Positions 17,706-26,118 are shown, counted from the stretch's first letter. The stretch is DNA of 32,000 bases from Promethearchaeota archaeon (GCA_027031765.1 JALVPN010000105.1:1-32000), one strand, 5' to 3'. Numbers and translations: made by a program. Notes: generated by a model not told the origin, from the letters alone.

Positions 17706-18500
17706 TCATTGCAGGTCGTCTCCGAGCTCCAGCCGCTCGGCCAGGAGCCGCACGGCAAGGACGAAGTGGTCTGTTGCCAAGTACCCCTCCGCAGCAGGCG
17801 TGTACCCGCTCTCGGCCAGTCGGAGCAGGGCCTCCCTGTCGGTATCTATGAACACCGCCCGTCTGTGTTCCCGCCTGCTCACGACCACCTCCCGGGAGCC
17901 CACTCTTACTGGGGCCAGCACCACACATGTGGTGTCGTGGTTGTCGCCCCAGACCAGGCCCAGCACACGGAACGACCCCCTCTCAAAGTCGACCCCTTCA
18001 ACAAGCGATGTCTCCTCTTGGATCTCCCGCGCGGCGGTCTCGACGGGCCTTTCAGGGACTATCTGCCAGCAGGTCGGGTCGTCCTCTGCTGCCACCACCA
18101 CAGGGTCTATGAACCCCGCACCCACGGCATGGAGGCGGTCTGGCTGGTCGGGGCCACGTCGGATACCTGCCACGAGCCGTCCGTCCGTCGTAATGATGAG
18201 TGGTGTCACACTCAGCGGGTTCGGCCACTCTCCGGGCGTGCCCCGTGGCTCGGTGCGGAGGACAAAGTGCCACTTGTAGCTCGTCCGACTGACATCTATC
18301 ACGAGCTCGTCACCTGAAGCCCTGATGCCCTCGTACCTCCACAGCCCGCCGTCATATACCTCTCCTGCTATCCCTGGCCACCGTCTTGCAACGAGTCTGC
18401 GCTCGTCATTGGACGGTGTCCAGCTGCTGCTCACCACCACCAGCCCGCAGTCCTCTACTCGCCAGTTGCCACTCACCAAGACCCTGCGCTCGTCAGACAT
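17706..18500 (-). CDS. Nudix hydrolase with N-terminal extension (NUDT22-like architecture)
   Basis: ETAAREIQEETSL is the Nudix helix, separated from GAGFIDP by a loop insertion. Upstream YDGGLWRY...IDVSRTSYK and LSVTPLIITTDGRLV resemble the NUDT22-type extension. Confidence 0.8.
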   Translation of the reverse strand: MSDERRVLVSGNWRVEDCGLVVVSSSWTPSNDERRLVARRWPGIAGEVYDGGLWRYEGIRASGDELVIDVSRTSYKWHFVLRTEPRGTPGEWPNPLSVTPLIITTDGRLVAGIRRGPDQPDRLHAVGAGFIDPVVVAAEDDPTCWQIVPERPVETAAREIQEETSLVEGVDFERGSFRVLGLVWGDNHDTTCVVLAPVRVGSREVVVSRREHRRAVFIDTDREALLRLAESGYTPAAEGYLATDHFVLAVRLLAERLELGDDLQ

Positions 18501-18530
18501 CGATGACCTACGAGCACTCGTGGCTGCGGG

Positions 18531-18536
18531 TATTTA
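18531..18536 (-). promoter_or_regulatory. Putative TATA box (TAAATA) for the Nudix / 922-aa operon
   Basis: Located about 30 nt upstream of the Nudix ATG, consistent with a leaderless archaeal transcript. Confidence 0.45.
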
Positions 18537-18760
18537 GTCTTAGCGAGTGTCAGCATGTCGGTCGTGTCTCGGCCCGGGGCATTGCCCGCCTGTACTGACG
18601 GACCACGTGTGCTCCTCCTATGCTTCGCTGCTGGTTGCTCAGGCCCGTCCCGTCCCGTCCCCAGTCCTGTGTGGCACCCCATTGTCGTGGCATTCCTGCC
18701 CGCTGCCTGGCACTCGAAGTGTTCTTATTCCGACCCGTGGTCGTGTCACCCTGTGTGTGC

Positions 18761-20284
18761 ATGATGACCGACCTTGTGGTAGCAATAGACGTCGGTACCT
18801 CTGGCGTCCGCTCGATGGTCTCTGACACCGAGGGCCGTGTCGTGGCCCGGGGATACGAGGAGTTCAAGAGCGAGTACCCACACCCCTCGTGGGTCGAGCA
18901 GGACGCCGATGCGTGGTGGCGGACAGCCTGCAGCACCCTGAAGAGATGTCTGTCCTCCGAGGGCGTGTCCCCAGAACGGGTGGCTGCGGTCAGCGTTACG
19001 AACCAGCGAGAGACCATTGTCCCTGTCGAGGAGGACGGCAGCCCCCTCAGGAGAGCAATAGTGTGGCAGGACCGCCGGACGGTCGCAGAGTGTCAGTGGC
19101 TCCGGGAGCACGTCACGCCGGAGACCATCTACTCGGTCACTGGCCTCACAGTCGACCCGTACTTCTCCGCCCCCAAGCTCCTCTGGTTGAAGACCCATGA
19201 ACCAGACGTGTTCAGGGCAGCACACAAGTTCCTCCTGGTGCATGACTTCGTTGTCCACAGGCTCTGCGGCGAGTATGTCACTGACTACTCGAATGCGAGC
19301 CGTACGATGCTCTTCGATATCGCGCGCGGCCAGTGGTCTGAGACGTTACTCGGACAGATGGGCATCACCCCCGAGCTGCTCCCGAGAGCGGTCCCCTCCG
19401 GTACGCAGGTCGGCGAGGTGGGCCCGGACGCAGCCCGCGAGACCGGCCTTGCGACTGGTACACCCGTCGTGGCTGGCGGCGGTGACCAGCAGTGTGCAGC
19501 CCTTGGTGTGGGTGTTGTCCGTCCCGGCTCGGTCAAGGCAACTACGGGCACTGGCACGTTCCTCCTGGCATTCTCACAGTCAGTGCGCCTCGACCCGGGA
19601 CGACGCCTGTTGTGCAGCAGACACGTTGTACCCGACACCTTCGTGGTCGAGGCAAGCATGTTCACTACCGGGGCCGCCCTCCGCTGGTTCAGGGACAACC
19701 TCGCACCCAAGGAGTGCGAACAGGCCCGTCAGGAGGCCTCCGACCCGTACGACCTGCTGATGGAGCTGGCCGCCACAGCACCGCCCGGCGCTGGTGGTGT
19801 GCTCCATATCCCCCACTTTGTGGGTGCGGGTGCACCACACTGGAACCCACACGCCCGGGCCGTCTTCGCAGGCATTGCTCTGGGACACTCACGCGCCCAT
19901 CTCCTCCGGGCCGTCCTCGAAGGTGTCGCAATGGAAATCCGTACCAATGTCGAGGTGATGCGTTCAATCGGCATACCCGTACGTGAGCTGCGGGTCACGG
20001 GTGGCGCGGCCCGGAGCCGCTTCTGGATGCAGGTCCAGAGCAACGTACTCGGAGTCCCCATCGTACGGACGGCCCTTGAAGAGGCAACGTCCCTGGGTGC
20101 TGCAGTCCTGGCGTGCATTGGTGCTGGCATCTTCCAGTCGGCAGTCGAGGCTGTTGACCGGATGGTGCGTCCTGCAGACACGCTGGCCCCAGACCCTGAG
20201 GAGAGGGACTTGTATGACACCCTCTTTGCCCGCTACTCGGCACTCTACAGGGCCCTCTCAGACATCGACTGGCCCACAGACTAG
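18761..20284 (+). CDS. FGGY-family carbohydrate kinase, glycerol-kinase-like
   Basis: Start re-assigned to ATG 18761. Motifs AIDVGTSGVR, TNQRET, IVWQDRRT, DPYFSAPKLLW, TDYSNASRTMLF, GDQQCAALG, TGTGTF, GAPHWNP, RAVLEG, VTGGAARS, EATSLGAA. Confidence 0.92.
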   Translation: MMTDLVVAIDVGTSGVRSMVSDTEGRVVARGYEEFKSEYPHPSWVEQDADAWWRTACSTLKRCLSSEGVSPERVAAVSVTNQRETIVPVEEDGSPLRRAIVWQDRRTVAECQWLREHVTPETIYSVTGLTVDPYFSAPKLLWLKTHEPDVFRAAHKFLLVHDFVVHRLCGEYVTDYSNASRTMLFDIARGQWSETLLGQMGITPELLPRAVPSGTQVGEVGPDAARETGLATGTPVVAGGGDQQCAALGVGVVRPGSVKATTGTGTFLLAFSQSVRLDPGRRLLCSRHVVPDTFVVEASMFTTGAALRWFRDNLAPKECEQARQEASDPYDLLMELAATAPPGAGGVLHIPHFVGAGAPHWNPHARAVFAGIALGHSRAHLLRAVLEGVAMEIRTNVEVMRSIGIPVRELRVTGGAARSRFWMQVQSNVLGVPIVRTALEEATSLGAAVLACIGAGIFQSAVEAVDRMVRPADTLAPDPEERDLYDTLFARYSALYRALSDIDWPTD

Positions 20285-21567
20285 TCCGCGTACACGGCCA
20301 GCTTGTTCCCCTTGTTGAATACGAGGACTCTCACACCAGGGTCCTCTCGTATCCACTCGTCGACCACATCCTGAGGGTCGTCCACCTTCGTCAGGTGCAC
20401 TGCCCCCACGGTCTCGCTGTCCAGTGCGGTGTACATCCTGACGGCCCTGAGCCGACGGAGGAGCTCTGCGAACTTGTAGGCCTTGTGCTCATAGAGGTGG
20501 TACTCCCCCTTTATTGAGCGTACCACGTCGTCGAGGGGTGCTGTGAGCCTCTGGTAGAAGTTCTCCAGTGCACTCGCAGGCGCGACACCGTCCCTACACT
20601 CGGCAAGGAAGAGCACCTCGCCACCATCTGCCACGGCGTTCTTTGTCAGTTCCAGTGCCCGCTGAGCATGGTACAGGCTCTTGTCCTGCGGGTAGCCACC
20701 CGGTGACACCACAGTACGTGTTGTCGGTGTGACCGTGAAACTGCTGGTCTCGTCGAGCACCTCGATACCGGCTGCTGTCACAGGTGCGACACGTCCGGCA
20801 TCAGCCCATAGGAGCCTGTTCCCGCTTGAGATGACCGACAGCGTGAAGACATGTGCCCGCCCGGCAATGATCTCCATGGCCTCGCGCATGTCGTCAGCGA
20901 GTGGGTTGTCACGCCTTGTCGGGTCCGGGTGGTATGGATGACGCCCGAAGGTCGACCTGGGGTCAAGCGCCATTGCGTGGTTCGCCTCGATTGTGCGGAA
21001 AGCACAGATGCCAGGCAAGAAGTCCTTGAGCGCATTGGAGTACCCGGCAAAATAGTGTGCCTTCATGTCCGCGAGCACCACGTACACGTCATGGCCCATA
21101 GCGGCTGCGTTCACGACCACTGGTGTGCCGCGACTGGTGCTACCCAACTCGACCACATCCGGCGAACTGCAGTCGTGGACCATCACGCTGTACTTCTCAA
21201 GCCCTGCGTCAGAGGCGGCGCGGTGTGCCATCCTGACAATCTCGTGGTTACCCGGGTGGTCTACCTCGTGTGAGCCTGTCGTCACGATGAACTGGACATG
21301 GCTCGCATGACGCAGGTGCGGCACGACAGCGTCCAGCAGCGCCTGGTGTGGTTCTTCTCTCGTATGGTCTTCCACGAGGACGCAGACGCTCTTGCTCTTT
21401 ACAATGTCGTTCAGGTGTGGGCCATGTGGGTTCTCGACGACGCGTTCGAGTACTGTCATCACATCCGACCTGAGGCCCTGTTGGCGGGGCTCCATCACCT
21501 GTGCCAGGTTTTCATCGGGGATGTCCAGTCTGACCTTCTTGTCACCATAGTCCAGCGATACCTGCAA
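20281..21567 (-). CDS. LarA-family nickel-pincer-nucleotide-dependent 2-hydroxyacid racemase/epimerase homologue
   Basis: Probable TTG start at 21567 (MQVSLDYG, typical LarA N-terminus). Motifs EDHTR, TTGSH, HYFAGYSNALK, EANH, SPGGYPQDKSLYH, AECRDG. Confidence 0.85.
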   Translation of the reverse strand: MQVSLDYGDKKVRLDIPDENLAQVMEPRQQGLRSDVMTVLERVVENPHGPHLNDIVKSKSVCVLVEDHTREEPHQALLDAVVPHLRHASHVQFIVTTGSHEVDHPGNHEIVRMAHRAASDAGLEKYSVMVHDCSSPDVVELGSTSRGTPVVVNAAAMGHDVYVVLADMKAHYFAGYSNALKDFLPGICAFRTIEANHAMALDPRSTFGRHPYHPDPTRRDNPLADDMREAMEIIAGRAHVFTLSVISSGNRLLWADAGRVAPVTAAGIEVLDETSSFTVTPTTRTVVSPGGYPQDKSLYHAQRALELTKNAVADGGEVLFLAECRDGVAPASALENFYQRLTAPLDDVVRSIKGEYHLYEHKAYKFAELLRRLRAVRMYTALDSETVGAVHLTKVDDPQDVVDEWIREDPGVRVLVFNKGNKLAVYAD

Positions 21568-21690
21568 CTCGGGGTCCTCACATACGTGGTGCTGGGAGGT
21601 GCCATATGAGCCTTCAGCATCGTGCAGAGTCCCACCATCCATGCCCGGCTACCAAAGTTGAAATACGACTGCTGCCGGCCTGTACACGCC

Positions 21691-22032
21691 ATGGTCGAGA
21701 GTGAGAGCAGTGATGCGGCCGGACTGGCCGGTGCGGGGCGCTGGCTCGCCATCGCTTCAGAGCTCCCCTGCGCGGTCATCGCATTCCTGTTCATTGGACA
21801 GGTGGTCGGGGAGTCGGTGTCCGGCCCCTCGGGTGCGGTGGCGGGTGGTATCCTCGGTGTCCTCCTTGGCCTCGTGTTCGGTACGTACAGCATATACATG
21901 AGCGCCCAGCGACTGGACATGGCCGAACGCATGAAGACGCCAAGAGAGTACATGCCCCCCATGGAGGAGATAACCCGGGAGTACGACTGGGGCGACTTTG
22001 ACCCCGAAGACCGACGGGAGACCGGTCAGTGA
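21691..22032 (+). CDS. AtpZ/AtpI (ATPase gene 1)-like 2-TM protein
   Basis: WLAIASELPCAVIAFLFIGQVVG ... GILGVLLGLVFGTYSIY fits the two-helix Gly-rich pattern of that family; acidic C-terminal tail. Confidence 0.5.
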   Translation: MVESESSDAAGLAGAGRWLAIASELPCAVIAFLFIGQVVGESVSGPSGAVAGGILGVLLGLVFGTYSIYMSAQRLDMAERMKTPREYMPPMEEITREYDWGDFDPEDRRETGQ

Positions 22033-22062
22033 TACATACATACACACCGGCGGTCAATGTGG

Positions 22063-22653
22063 TCAGTCGATGAACTCAGAGTCGTCCTCGTTGAGCACCT
22101 CTAGCACGACCCTTGTTGCAGTACGCCCCACAGCCGCGATGATTATCTGCACTAGGAGGGCCACAAAGAACGCACCGACTGCAAAACTGAACACATGGAG
22201 CGCTATGGACTGCTGGGCCTCCGCAAGTGGGAACAGCCAGTTCTTGTATGTCAGGTAGAACACGTAGAGACCGGTTATGGCCATCAGTGCCACGAGCAGC
22301 CCATACGTGTAGACAACCGCTCTGACACGTGGTGTGTCCATGGGCACCTGCTGTATCCCGGGGCCGACCACCATGTTGCTGATCTTCCGCGAGAACCGGA
22401 CGAACACCCCCATCGCGGCGAGGAAGACCATCAATGTGATTATACTGCCCACAAGGAGTAACAGCACCTGGATGTCCGGGCCAAGACCTGTGACCACATC
22501 CTTCAGCCCATACGCTGCGAGAGCGCCGACCATCACTATGACCGCCACGATCTCAATGACGAAAGTGACGGTCGCTGATGTCCTGAACAGGCTGCCAATA
22601 TCGAACATGTCCCTGTCAGGTGGTGTTCCCTGCTCTCCGTCCATCAATACCAC
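22063..22653 (-). CDS. Hypothetical 4-TM membrane protein
   Basis: Four clear hydrophobic segments; TATA-like TTAAAATAG about 30 nt upstream (22682-22690, minus strand). Confidence 0.75.
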   Translation of the reverse strand: MVLMDGEQGTPPDRDMFDIGSLFRTSATVTFVIEIVAVIVMVGALAAYGLKDVVTGLGPDIQVLLLLVGSIITLMVFLAAMGVFVRFSRKISNMVVGPGIQQVPMDTPRVRAVVYTYGLLVALMAITGLYVFYLTYKNWLFPLAEAQQSIALHVFSFAVGAFFVALLVQIIIAAVGRTATRVVLEVLNEDDSEFID

Positions 22654-22806
22654 ACCACAGTGTGTCTGGTGTCACCGTCCACTATTTTAATCCTTGTAGT
22701 GTCGTCGGTCAGGTCCCCGTGCTCACAAGGACTGGTGCCAACAGCCGATGGCACACTCCGGGTCGGGACGGGGCTGCTCGCAGGCTGCGTTGTCTGTTCG
22801 TCAACC

Positions 22807-22812
22807 TTATAA
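22807..22812 (+). promoter_or_regulatory. Putative TATA box (TTATAA) for atpC-atpK
   Basis: Canonical hexamer about 60 nt upstream of ATG 22871. Confidence 0.5.
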
Positions 22813-22870
22813 CGCATGTGGGTGCGGGGGGTGTCGTTCAACCGCTGACAGGACAGGGGCTGACTGCACA

Positions 22871-23932
22871 ATGGGCCTGCGGGCTGCAAGCGAGTATGGT
22901 TTCATAAATGCAAGGATTCGGGCCCTCAAGTCGCGACTCCTCACTGTGGCCGACTATGAGCGCCTACTGCAGTCCGCTGACTACGAGGACTTCTTCCGCA
23001 ACCTTGAGGCCACATACTATGGCGAACTACTGAAGGAGGAAGCCCATGGCCTCACACTGTACCCGGAGGAACTCGCACTCCTGTTGGCACGGGACTTCGG
23101 CAAGACCGTGGAACGCCTCACCAAGACGCTGACGGGACGAGTCCGCAGGTTCACATCTGCATATCTGCAGGTCTTCCTTGCTGATGGGGTCAAGACGGTC
23201 ATCCGTGGGGTCCATACTGGGGTTGACCGTGACGAGATACTCCGCTTCACGGTCCCGTTGTCGGATGAACAGTCCAACATGTTCAATGTGCTGGCCGACA
23301 ACACATCCGTACAGGATGTCATCGAACAGCTGCCTTTCTGGGACCTGAGAGTCGCACTCTTGACGTACCTCCCTAGGTATGAGGAGCTCGGTTCAACAGC
23401 ACCACTTGAGGTCGCCGTCGAGGAGTGGTACCTCAATGGTGTCCTCGATGCGCTCCGCGCATTTCCCACCACGGACTGGCGCAAAGTGCTCAGCGTGCTC
23501 GAAACGCGTGTGGACCTCCGCAATGTCCTCGTGGTCTTCCGTGCTCTGGTCATGGGCTGGAAGGCAAGTGCTATCGCAGCGTCCCTTGTCCGGTTCACCC
23601 CCCGGTCCAGAGCGCTCGTAGAGGCAATCAAAGGGAGCGTTTCATGGAGCGACCTTCTGGACCGCCTGCGAAAGACAAGATACCAGTACCTTGCAGGCCG
23701 CCTTGCTCGTATGTATGAGGAGTCAAAGAGCCTTGTCGACCTCGAACTGGCGGTGGAAGACTATATTGCAAAGCGCGTCCGTATGCAAATGGGCGCCTAC
23801 CCGTTTCACCTGGGTGTCGTGCTTGCGTTCTTCTACCTCAAGTTCTACGAGGTCCGGAACATCAGGACAATCTCAGTCGGCATCGAGAGGGGCGAGTCTG
23901 CGGACAGTATCAGACGAATGATTACGATATGA
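22871..23932 (+). CDS. atpC: A/V-type ATP synthase subunit C (eukaryotic d / AC39 homologue)
   Basis: Start re-assigned to ATG 22871. Motifs EYGFINARIRALKSRLL, RVDLRN and FFYLKFYEVRNIRTI..G. Confidence 0.9.
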   Translation: MGLRAASEYGFINARIRALKSRLLTVADYERLLQSADYEDFFRNLEATYYGELLKEEAHGLTLYPEELALLLARDFGKTVERLTKTLTGRVRRFTSAYLQVFLADGVKTVIRGVHTGVDRDEILRFTVPLSDEQSNMFNVLADNTSVQDVIEQLPFWDLRVALLTYLPRYEELGSTAPLEVAVEEWYLNGVLDALRAFPTTDWRKVLSVLETRVDLRNVLVVFRALVMGWKASAIAASLVRFTPRSRALVEAIKGSVSWSDLLDRLRKTRYQYLAGRLARMYEESKSLVDLELAVEDYIAKRVRMQMGAYPFHLGVVLAFFYLKFYEVRNIRTISVGIERGESADSIRRMITI

Positions 23933-23944
23933 TAGACTCAAGGA

Positions 23945-24403
23945 GTGTTGTTGAGTATGGTACGTACTACAGACAGACGTTGTGTGTTGATGGTGTTCGT
24001 CGTCGGCGCGGCGGCCCTGCTCCTGACAACTGCTCTGGAGCGGCTTGTTGGTGCACCCGTCCCCGGGTTGTCATGGCTGACCGAGGCGGTGAGCACAGGT
24101 GACAGCATGGTGCTACTCACAGTGGGCACTGGCAGTGCCGTTTCACTGCTGCAGGCTGACGCCAATACTGGACTTGCCCTGCTCGGGATTGCAATCGGTG
24201 CGGGACTTGCTATCGGCCTTGCCGCAATCGGTGGCGGCCTTGGCATGGGCACCGCCTCAGCTGCGGCCCTTGGTGCCATCACAGAGAAGCCTGAGACATT
24301 TGGGAAGTCAATCCTATACGTGGTGTTCATAGAGGCAGTCGCAATCTATGGGTTTGTCATCGCGTATATGCTCCTCGGCTATATCCCGCAGCTCTTGGGC
24401 TAG
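23945..24403 (+). CDS. atpK: A/V-type ATP synthase proteolipid subunit K (c), single hairpin with long N-terminal extension; start uncertain (23945, 23951 or 23957)
   Basis: GAGLAIGLAAIGGGLGMG..AAA.GAITEKPETFGKSIL..VFIEAVAIYG with the ion-carrying Glu. Confidence 0.92.
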   Translation: MLLSMVRTTDRRCVLMVFVVGAAALLLTTALERLVGAPVPGLSWLTEAVSTGDSMVLLTVGTGSAVSLLQADANTGLALLGIAIGAGLAIGLAAIGGGLGMGTASAAALGAITEKPETFGKSILYVVFIEAVAIYGFVIAYMLLGYIPQLLG

Positions 24404-24931
24404 CACCGGGTCGACCCAGTGCAGTGTGCCCTCGTACTGGCTCATGGCCAACAGGCCCGGCAGTAGAGTCAGTACTGGCCTAGAGCTGAGTACTATACCC
24501 TTGTGGCAGACCAGCTGGCCCGACATGTACTGTGGTGTGCGTGGGGACGCTACTGCATTCCTGTGCTGGGACAGAGCGAGCACACTAGTCGCTCCCACCG
24601 CCCGTTGCCTGTCGGGTAGCTACAGTCGGCACACTGCAGCCACACTTCCCACAGTCCACCATATTGTCCAGTCCTGTGGGCTGGATGTGGTTACCGGAGG
24701 CCGTCTGCACCGCTTGCTGCACATACAACAGGTCTGGCAGCACTAACTCGTCTGCATCATGTCTGTCAGGTCCAGGTGCATGATGTCCGCTGTGCATGTG
24801 CATCAGCCCGGGTGTCACCTGCGACTGGATAGCCCCCATGGTCATCACATAATCGGCGTACACACTGGTGCGGTCACCTTGCTCCTGTGCACAGCGTCAC
24901 GCTCGCACCTTGTGGTCATGGGCCGATTGTG

Positions 24932-24955
24932 AGCCAGTCAGCCAGTCAGCCAGTC
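24932..24955. repeat. Perfect tandem repeat (AGCCAGTC) x3
   Basis: Three exact 8-mers read directly, ending 7 nt beyond the atpE stop codon. Confidence 0.9.
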
Positions 24956-24962
24956 GATCTGT

Positions 24963-25583
24963 TCAGTGGAAGAGTAGTGTTGCGACCTGCCTCCAGATGA
25001 GGTCTTCCATCCGCTCGCGTCTTGCCTCCACCGTGTTGTCCACCCACCTCGTCCCATCACGGCTCCTGACCATCACCCCTGCTATTGACCTGGTCCTCTC
25101 GTCAGCAAGTGTTACACTGACTGTGCGGCCCAGTCTTTCCTGTACCGCCCTCTCAATCTCCTTCAGTGGGACCGGTAGGTCGTGTCCCCGTGGCAATACC
25201 AGTTCGACCTCGTCCTCTTCGAGTGCCTCCACGCCCTCCAAGACGAGCCGCATGAATATTGCACCGTACTCGTCACTATTGACAAGTGCTCTTATCTGCT
25301 CAATTGCGGCGCTCACTACCATGTCCATCAGTTCGGCCTTCACCTTCAGGAGCCGCTGTTTTGCCTGCAACCGTATGTTGGCCTCATGGTGGTGGAGCTC
25401 AGACCTGATCTCCTTCTCGGTCCTGCTGATGAGTTCTCTGGCCTTTTCGTCGGCCATCTTCCGGGCGACACCAAGACGGATTTCCCTCTCCTTCTCCGCC
25501 TCTGCAATGATGTTCTTCTTCTGTTCTTCGGCCCTAGCAAGGATCATCTGTACTACGTTCTCTACACCAGACAATCTGTTCAC
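24963..25583 (-). CDS. atpE: A/V-type ATP synthase subunit E (peripheral stalk)
   Basis: N-terminal coiled coil (ILARAEEQKKNIIAEAE) and C-terminal IAGVMVRSRDG...VDNTVEAR. GTG start overlaps the upstream stop codon. Confidence 0.9.
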   Translation of the reverse strand: MNRLSGVENVVQMILARAEEQKKNIIAEAEKEREIRLGVARKMADEKARELISRTEKEIRSELHHHEANIRLQAKQRLLKVKAELMDMVVSAAIEQIRALVNSDEYGAIFMRLVLEGVEALEEDEVELVLPRGHDLPVPLKEIERAVQERLGRTVSVTLADERTRSIAGVMVRSRDGTRWVDNTVEARRERMEDLIWRQVATLLFH

Positions 25584-25906
25584 CCCTCTTGTGGGAGCAG
25601 GATATTTATGACAACGGCAACTGCCTCTTGTAGCCGTGCGTCGGCCGTCTCTCTCAGTCGACGTTCCTCCTCTTCAGCCTCTTTCAGCACCTGTTGTTCG
25701 AGCTCGGCCCGCCGCTTGTGTTCTATGTCCCACATCTGTTTGGCCTTGTCCTCAGCAGCTGCCAGAGTCTTCTCCGTAATACTGCGCGCCTCTTCCTCAG
25801 TGCGCTCCTTGATCTCATTCGCCGCTTCCTGGGCCTCTTGGACTGTCCTCCGTGCCTTCTCCTCGGCCTCGTGGATCTCGTCAATCTCTTCCACTGTTGT
25901 GCTCAG
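25580..25906 (-). CDS. A/V-type ATP synthase subunit G/H (peripheral stalk); start CTG 25906 or GTG 25894
   Basis: VEEIDEIHEAEEKARRTVQEAQEAA is an E/K/A-rich coiled coil of the subunit H pattern. Coupled to atpE; GGAGGTG at 25914-25920. Confidence 0.82.
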   Translation of the reverse strand: MSTTVEEIDEIHEAEEKARRTVQEAQEAANEIKERTEEEARSITEKTLAAAEDKAKQMWDIEHKRRAELEQQVLKEAEEEERRLRETADARLQEAVAVVINILLPQEG

Positions 25907-26118
25907 TGTTTTACACCTCCCTGATGGCCGTGGTGTTCCTGCAACTCGGGCACTGGCAGACAAGATAAAGGTATAGCTACGTGGCCGTTTGTTTCACTGA
26001 TGGTTTTAAGATATTTCGCAACGTTTATCTGAAGTGGACAAGGCCTCTCGGCACGTTTCCGGCAGGCCCATGTTGCTGTGGCCTGGGGCCTGTACGTGAC
26101 CGCCCGGTGTGAGAACCA

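Noticed and set aside
18644-18667. (CCCGT)x3 microsatellite in the Nudix/FGGY intergenic region
   Set aside because: Short, low-complexity and compatible with chance in GC-rich DNA; no spacer structure.
24445-24470. CAGGCCCGG resembling archaeal SRP RNA helix 8
   Set aside because: The following GAAGGGAGCA loop and pairing are missing, and no 5' Alu-domain sequence was seen.
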